Source: an uncultured virus (IMG/VR IMGVR_UViG_2049941000_000011) (Duplodnaviria > Heunggongvirae > Uroviricota > Caudoviricetes). Taken from it: a stretch of DNA of 11,058 nt. Every line of letters starts with the position of its first letter. Positions within the stretch are counted from its first letter, which is position 1. Where the stretch lies: the IMG/VR virus record IMGVR_UViG_2049941000_000011; one strand, 5' to 3'. Below the pieces are notes generated by a model that made no database searches, was not told where the DNA came from, and saw only the letters and a program-made list of their open reading frames with translations. A program made the position numbers and the translations under genes. Positions 6,738-11,058 of this stretch are shown piece after piece.

Positions 6738-7263
6738 AATAACTCCATAGTTCTTTTTTCGACAATTCCNNNNNNNNNNNNNNNNNNNNNNNNNNNNNNN
6801 NNNNNNNNNNNNNNNNNNNNNNNNNNNNNNNNNNNNNNNNNNNNNNNNNNNNNNNNNNNNNNNNNNNNNNNNNNNNNNNNNNNNNNNNNNNNNNNNNNNN
6901 NNNNNNNNNNNNNNNNNNNNNNNNNNNNNNTTCTTTAAATACCGTTTCAATATATTCAAGACCTTGATTATATTGTTCTTCTGTATAATCACAATTAATT
7001 TCACAATCTTTAATACCATCTTGAACATGCAGAGGCAGGTGTAAAAAAGTACACCATTCTAACCAAGGTTCCGGGAACTGTGTTAAGATATTAAAGAAGC
7101 GAGGATCTTCAGGTTTCTTAGTCAAGCGTCTATATTTGCTCTTAGAAAGTTTTCTCATGCAATAGAATGGACATTTACCGTTGTCATTACAATAATGTTC
7201 ACAATGAGGAATTTTATCAATAGCTTCTCTTAATGTAATTTTTTGTTTTCTACTCTTCTTCAT
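6721..7263 (-). CDS. Hypothetical Cys-rich protein (spans a 161-N gap; may be two genes)
   Basis: N-terminal part 6931-7263 is open and has CEHYC-x5-CPFYC. The C-terminal fragment ELSKKELWSYYERRN* overlaps the thyX start. Continuity across 6770-6930 cannot be verified. Confidence 0.6.
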   Translation of the reverse strand: MKKSRKQKITLREAIDKIPHCEHYCNDNGKCPFYCMRKLSKSKYRRLTKKPEDPRFFNILTQFPEPWLEWCTFLHLPLHVQDGIKDCEINCDYTEEQYNQGLEYIETVFKEXXXXXXXXXXXXXXXXXXXXXXXXXXXXXXXXXXXXXXXXXXXXXXXXXXXXXXELSKKELWSYYERRN

Positions 7264-7609
7264 AATATATTAGACCGCAGCCCTCCCTTACAAAATATCC
7301 TTTAGGGTCATACCACGAAGTATCCGGAGATTCTTCTTCTGGTTTAATAGGATGTTTATTCATAATAAATCCTTCCCTACCATCATACCAACCTCTGGAA
7401 AGCCAGAAGCTGCGTCCAACAATTTTAAGAGATGGGTCAATATGAACATTACCATAATCGTTATCATAATTACAAGACTTCGCAAAGTCAATAAATTTAG
7501 CAATAGGAATATATCCATTAGAACAGGAAATATAATTAATTGCTCTTTCTGTAATTTTATATGGCTTGAATGCTGCCATCATTTCTTGATATAAATTTAC
7601 AATTGCCAT
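7250..7609 (-). CDS. Conserved phage-type hypothetical protein (119 aa), YD-x-(G/D)YG...L-x-R-x-x-YDG-x-E family
   Basis: Motifs NYDNDYG and WLSRGWYDGREGF resemble a widespread phage hypothetical family (from memory). SD hidden in the adjacent gap. Confidence 0.75.
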   Translation of the reverse strand: MAIVNLYQEMMAAFKPYKITERAINYISCSNGYIPIAKFIDFAKSCNYDNDYGNVHIDPSLKIVGRSFWLSRGWYDGREGFIMNKHPIKPEEESPDTSWYDPKGYFVREGCGLIYYEEE

Positions 7610-7710
7610 TGATTNNNNNNNNNNNNNNNNNNNNNNNNNNNNNNNNNNNNNNNNNNNNNNNNNNNNNNNNNNNNNNNNNNNNNNNNNNNNNNNNNNNNNN
7701 NNNNNNNNNN

Positions 7711-8088
7711 CGAATTAATTTGTTGTAATGTCTTTTCTAATTTAGACTTAGTCTTTTGATAAAAATCTACAAACTTTTGACAGTGCGCAATTTTTTCTTC
7801 GATTTTTTCTTTTACATATTTTTGAAAAGCTTTCTTTTGCGCTTTGTCATTAAAGAAGTGATGGATAGCTTTCTTATCATTAATATATAGATATAAATAT
7901 CTTTGTTTTTGTTCGTCTAGAGCATTATATACTGATGCTTTAATACGGAAAACATTAAACTTTTGTTTATTGTCTATTTTACCATCAGAAATAATAATTT
8001 TATAATATCCATCGCCACGGACTATAGACTCGCCAGAAAGATCACAAATATATCCTTTTTTAGCACAACATTTTTTCATTTTAGTCAT
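7711..8088 (-). CDS. Hypothetical protein with degenerate zinc-ribbon-like N-terminus and coiled-coil C-terminus (3' end in gap)
   Basis: Start MTKMKK (ATG at 8088, GAGGTG upstream). AKKGYICDLSGESIVRGDGY resembles A(R/K)K-x-x-x-CxxCG-x-x-I-x-x-G-x-x-Y with one Cys lost. Runs into gap 7615-7710. Confidence 0.7.
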
Positions 8089-8857
8089 ATCTATCTTCAC
8101 CTCTCTCTTTCCTTATTATGGCTGTATCAATTGTTGCTCTATGAATATCTTTTACAGTTTTTAACATCCCTGATTCGCATATCCATTTTAATGATACTGG
8201 TTTATAATTAATTTGTTCTGCACAACAGTTATAGTGAGAGCCACAATTAATACCTTCTGTATATGCCCCCAATGGATGCACAAAGTGAACATGTCCGTGA
8301 ATGTTTAAACAATAAGGATGCTCAAATGGTTCATGAGATAGTACAATTTTAGTACTAATTTGGAGAGGACCCTCATATACTTCATCAAATAAATGATTAT
8401 CTATTTTTACTTGTTTGGCCATTAGGCCTGATTCTCCAGTATAAGTATTCGGCACTAAACGGTACCCCAAATCGTAAAATATGCCTATCTTAGCAGTAGT
8501 ATTTGCAAAAACTGTAGTTGTTTTATCTATTTCTGTATATTGTTGTCTCTTATAATTAGAAACACCTTTATCATGGTTGCCCATAATCAGAATTTTATAA
8601 TTAGATTTAAGCTTTTTAACACATTCAATATTGCCAACATCTCCTAATATAATAAGAGTATCAACTGCACGACATACTTTGTTGATATTATTGATTTGCA
8701 TGTTGTCTAATTCTTCAATTTTTTCTTTTGTTAATTCAACGCCAGGAAATCTATGACTATAACAATCTTTATCACTAAAATGAGGATCGCTATATAAATA
8801 AATCGATCCCCCTCTATACCATCTTTTTGCTATTTCGTCATATAAATGTTTTGTCAT
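8081..8857 (-). CDS. Calcineurin-like metallophosphoesterase (258 aa)
   Basis: All five metal-binding motifs present: SDPHF, LGDVG, GNHD, LSHEP, IHGHVH. Promoter P3 directly upstream. Confidence 0.92.
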   Translation of the reverse strand: MTKHLYDEIAKRWYRGGSIYLYSDPHFSDKDCYSHRFPGVELTKEKIEELDNMQINNINKVCRAVDTLIILGDVGNIECVKKLKSNYKILIMGNHDKGVSNYKRQQYTEIDKTTTVFANTTAKIGIFYDLGYRLVPNTYTGESGLMAKQVKIDNHLFDEVYEGPLQISTKIVLSHEPFEHPYCLNIHGHVHFVHPLGAYTEGINCGSHYNCCAEQINYKPVSLKWICESGMLKTVKDIHRATIDTAIIRKERGEDRYD

Positions 8858-8878
8858 AGTCTTTCCTTTTTCATATAT

Positions 8879-8907
8879 ATTATAAATGGAATATAAATAT
8901 ATTACAA
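8879..8907 (-). promoter_or_regulatory. Sigma70/sigmaA-like promoter P3
   Basis: Minus strand TTGTAA-TATATTTATATTCCATT(17 nt)-TATAAT, followed by AAGGA and ATG at 8857. Confidence 0.72.
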
Positions 8908-8910
8908 GCT

Positions 8911-9087
8911 TTATTTATTGTGAATAATATAACTAAAATATCCCACATCGAAGCAATCTCCAAATGTTGCTTCTTCTTTTCNNNNNNNNNNTGTTTCAGA
9001 CAAGCTTTTATAACCAAAGTGCTTTAGTAATTCTTCTTTGGTATTAAACGGTCTAATATATTTATTTCTATTACTAATATCGTTCAT
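8911..9087 (-). CDS. Small hypothetical protein (spans a 10-N gap)
   Basis: MNDISNRNKYIRPFNTKEELLKHFGY...FGDCFDVGYFSYIIHNK*. No clear SD; frame across gap 8982-8991 uncertain. Confidence 0.5.
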   Translation of the reverse strand: MNDISNRNKYIRPFNTKEELLKHFGYKSLSETXXXXKEEATFGDCFDVGYFSYIIHNK

Positions 9088-9099
9088 AATTAGTACCAA

Positions 9100-9630
9100 T
9101 TATTTTGATCCAGTAGATCCAAATCCACCATTTCTACTAGTAGATGCACAGTCGTCTATAGTAGTATTATATCTTAAGAAGATGCCTTGTAAAACACGGT
9201 CTCCGGCCTTTACAGATAAATCCTTAAAACCGCCTACTAATTTCGCTTTAATATGACCTTCATTGTCTGAATCAGCGTAGTCACTATCAATAATACCTAC
9301 TGTATTTGCTAATCTAGCACCTGTTTTAAATCCTACACCACTTCTTGGCACAATTGCTAAGAAAGTGTTTTTTGGCATAATGGCTCTAATACCTAAACAA
9401 AAGGTTTTTGTATTATTTTCGCCCGCAGGAAGATCGAAACCGAATGGGGAATATAAGTCATACCCCGCAGATCCTTTGGTGCCTCTTGTAGGTAATTTAA
9501 TATTATCATAAACAGTGCGTAAATCTGGTAAGCTACGACCAGAAATTTCATATTCTTTAATATAGTCTCCGCAGCTTGCTACAAATTCTTCATAACTAAC
9601 TTTTTCAAACTTAATTATTGGTTTTTTCAT
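9100..9630 (-). CDS. dut: Trimeric dUTP pyrophosphatase (176 aa)
   Basis: All five motifs: SAGYDL, PRSGVG, GIIDSDY, GDRVLQG, RNGGFGSTG. AAGGAG SD; start overlaps the desulfurase 3' end. Confidence 0.96.
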   Translation of the reverse strand: MKKPIIKFEKVSYEEFVASCGDYIKEYEISGRSLPDLRTVYDNIKLPTRGTKGSAGYDLYSPFGFDLPAGENNTKTFCLGIRAIMPKNTFLAIVPRSGVGFKTGARLANTVGIIDSDYADSDNEGHIKAKLVGGFKDLSVKAGDRVLQGIFLRYNTTIDDCASTSRNGGFGSTGSK

Positions 9631-10606
9631 CTCGAATAATCTCCTTTAGTGTGTGTACAAATATTTTTAAATCTTTTACAGTTGTAAACTTATTAAAAGA
9701 GATTCGAATGGTTCTTTTAATTTGTTTACCAGACAAATTTAATCCAACTAAAACGTGAGAAGGATTGAATACTCCGATATGGTCATTGTCGCAGGCCGAT
9801 CCTGCACTTACTGCTATTCCATACATGGCAAGAGTGTTAGCAAGATTGTCATTTTTAATATCATTAATTCGTAAACTAATTATATTGAAGTGATCGACAC
9901 TTTTATCTTTTTCTACTGTAAGAGTATAATTAATGTGCTTTTTTTGCAATAACAAGATTAGCTTGTCATATAATTTTTCATAAAATGATTTAAAATCTGC
10001 CTTTTGCATTAAAGCACAAGCTTTACCCAAACCAACGATTCCAGCAGTATTAGAAGTACCACCTCTCAATCCTTGTTCCTGGGATCCCCCTATAATATAA
10101 GGATATAAAGGAGCTTCGGATCGAGCTATCAAGCATCCTACCCCCGTTGGACCATATATTTTATGTGATGAGAATGTAAAATAGTCAACATGAGGATAAA
10201 ATTTTTGTATATCTAGATATTTACCCCCATAACTTACTAATTGAGTGCAATCACATAAGAATAGTGCCCCATGTTTCTTAGCAAGATCCGCAATTTTATC
10301 TACATCATATTTTGTACCCAATTCATTGTTTACTGACATACAACAGACAATTAATGTTTGCGTATCAATAGCTTTTTTAAAACCATTATATGAATCTGGT
10401 TTTAAATATTGAACATTAAATCCTAATTGCTCTAAATAATTACAAACTTTTAATACCGAAGAATGCTCTACCGAAGAACAAATAATCTTTTTTCTACAAG
10501 CTTCTCCTCTTTTTTCTTTTTTTAATTCATTTAATGCTAAACCCATTAAAACCCAGTTATTACCTTCTGTTGCTCCGGAAGTAAAATATACTTCTTGAGG
10601 GGTTAC
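9611..10606 (-). CDS. iscS: Group I PLP-dependent cysteine desulfurase (IscS/NifS family), 5'-truncated by an assembly gap
   Basis: FTSGATEGNN, VEHSSV, VNNELG, DCTQ, SSHKIYGPTGVG (PLP Lys), GGSQEQGLRGGT, SAGSAC (catalytic Cys at 9791-9793), PSHVL, IRISF. The usual N-terminal YLDxAATT segment is not visible (gap 10607-10616). Confidence 0.92.
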   Translation of the reverse strand, partial: VTPQEVYFTSGATEGNNWVLMGLALNELKKEKRGEACRKKIICSSVEHSSVLKVCNYLEQLGFNVQYLKPDSYNGFKKAIDTQTLIVCCMSVNNELGTKYDVDKIADLAKKHGALFLCDCTQLVSYGGKYLDIQKFYPHVDYFTFSSHKIYGPTGVGCLIARSEAPLYPYIIGGSQEQGLRGGTSNTAGIVGLGKACALMQKADFKSFYEKLYDKLILLLQKKHINYTLTVEKDKSVDHFNIISLRINDIKNDNLANTLAMYGIAVSAGSACDNDHIGVFNPSHVLVGLNLSGKQIKRTIRISFNKFTTVKDLKIFVHTLKEIIRDEKTNN

Positions 10607-10616
10607 NNNNNNNNNN

Positions 10617-10868
10617 CATATCAAATAAGAGGGTTTGGATCTTTCCTGATAGAGAGGACCAACCCATCGGATATATTACAATTTGACCTGCTAAAGTAAT
10701 ATCAACTGCATATTCATTGTCTTCATAGTATTGCTTTTCATATTCTTGACAAGTATATGATGGTTTCCAATGATATCGATACCCATCTTTGTCTTTTTTA
10801 AACCCATATCTTTTTAATTGTTTTTCTGTGGTTCCTCTTTTAATAAAAATTGCAGTTATGTTATTCAT
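10617..10868 (-). CDS. Hypothetical phage-type protein (3' end in gap)
   Basis: Start MNNITAIF (ATG at 10868, AAGGT SD) overlaps the upstream gene end; LKRYGFK motif; runs into the gap after TLLFDM. Confidence 0.7.
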
Positions 10869-11058
10869 CTTTATTACCTTCTTTCTTTCCACCATACCAA
10901 TATTGTAATTTATCTTCTTTAATAATTCTATCAATTAAAGCAGCTTCTTCTGGAAATTTTTGTTTATAGTTTTGAGCAACTTCTATACAAGTAATCCTTT
11001 TACGGCATATTAGTTCTTTTTGATCTAACATGTCTCTTTTAGCATCGTCATATAAGTC
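10861..11058 (-). CDS. Hypothetical protein, partial (C-terminal 65 aa; begins beyond the right edge)
   Basis: Hand translation ...DLYDDAKRDMLDQKELICRKRITCIEVAQNYKQKFPEEAALIDRIIKEDKLQYWYGGKKEGNKDE*, stop at 10861-10863. Confidence 0.7.
   Translation of the reverse strand, partial: DLYDDAKRDMLDQKELICRKRITCIEVAQNYKQKFPEEAALIDRIIKEDKLQYWYGGKKEGNKDE

Noticed and set aside
5781..7028. 415-aa ORF in the track suggesting an N-terminally extended ThyX
   Set aside because: Artefact of reading through the 161-N gap. The real start is ATG 6737 with a GGAG SD, and the upstream part overlaps another gene in a different frame.
9133..9144. 12-bp palindrome TCTACTAGTAGA
   Set aside because: Single, inside the dUTPase coding sequence, and expected by chance in AT-rich DNA.
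275..9256. All plus-strand ORFs in the track, and nested minus-strand ORFs 480-785 and 1235-1423
   Set aside because: They are shadows of better-supported minus-strand genes, with no SD or recognisable motifs.
9611..10606. Calling the gene dndA or a complete dnd/ssp phosphorothioation locus
   Set aside because: No DndB-E or Ssp genes are visible, and motifs alone do not separate DndA from IscS/NifS.
10560..10934. 124-aa ORF, and the MIXXXX start of the desulfurase ORF, both crossing the gap
   Set aside because: Both are joined across a placeholder gap; the post-gap tail is an off-frame reading of the desulfurase.
1..11058. Alternative genetic code (TAG or TGA recoding), as in some gut phages and Mollicutes
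   Set aside because: Code 11 gives intact, tightly packed genes. TAG (5781, 3643) and TGA (4956, ATGA overlap) sit at sensible gene ends.
1..11058. tRNA/ncRNA genes, intrinsic terminators, DGR repeats, IS elements, introns or inteins
   Set aside because: None seen by eye: no cloverleaf, no GC hairpin with U-tract in intergenic gaps, no long repeats, no RT, transposase or splicing motifs. Gap contents cannot be assessed.

Overview
AT-rich, densely packed block of about 24 genes, all on the minus strand, with short spacers or overlapping stop/start codons and Firmicutes-type SD sites (AGGAG/GGAGG). It most likely comes from the nucleotide-metabolism/accessory region of a large tailed phage of a low-GC Gram-positive host. 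This is inference: no structural, integrase or replication gene is in the window. Recognisable genes are a group I cysteine desulfurase (IscS/NifS type; N-terminus lost in a scaffold gap), a trimeric dUTPase, a calcineurin-like metallophosphoesterase, a flavin-dependent thymidylate synthase ThyX with an unusual C-terminal extension containing an MqsA/YgiT-like CxxC...CxxCGE zinc ribbon, and a degenerate ASCH/PUA-like protein. The rest are small hypothetical proteins. Three sigma70/sigmaA-like promoters share an extra TCC motif in a 17-bp spacer. Five N-gaps limit some calls. The most interesting items are the ThyX-zinc-ribbon fusion and the phage-like context of a sulfur-mobilising enzyme coupled to pyrimidine-metabolism genes.
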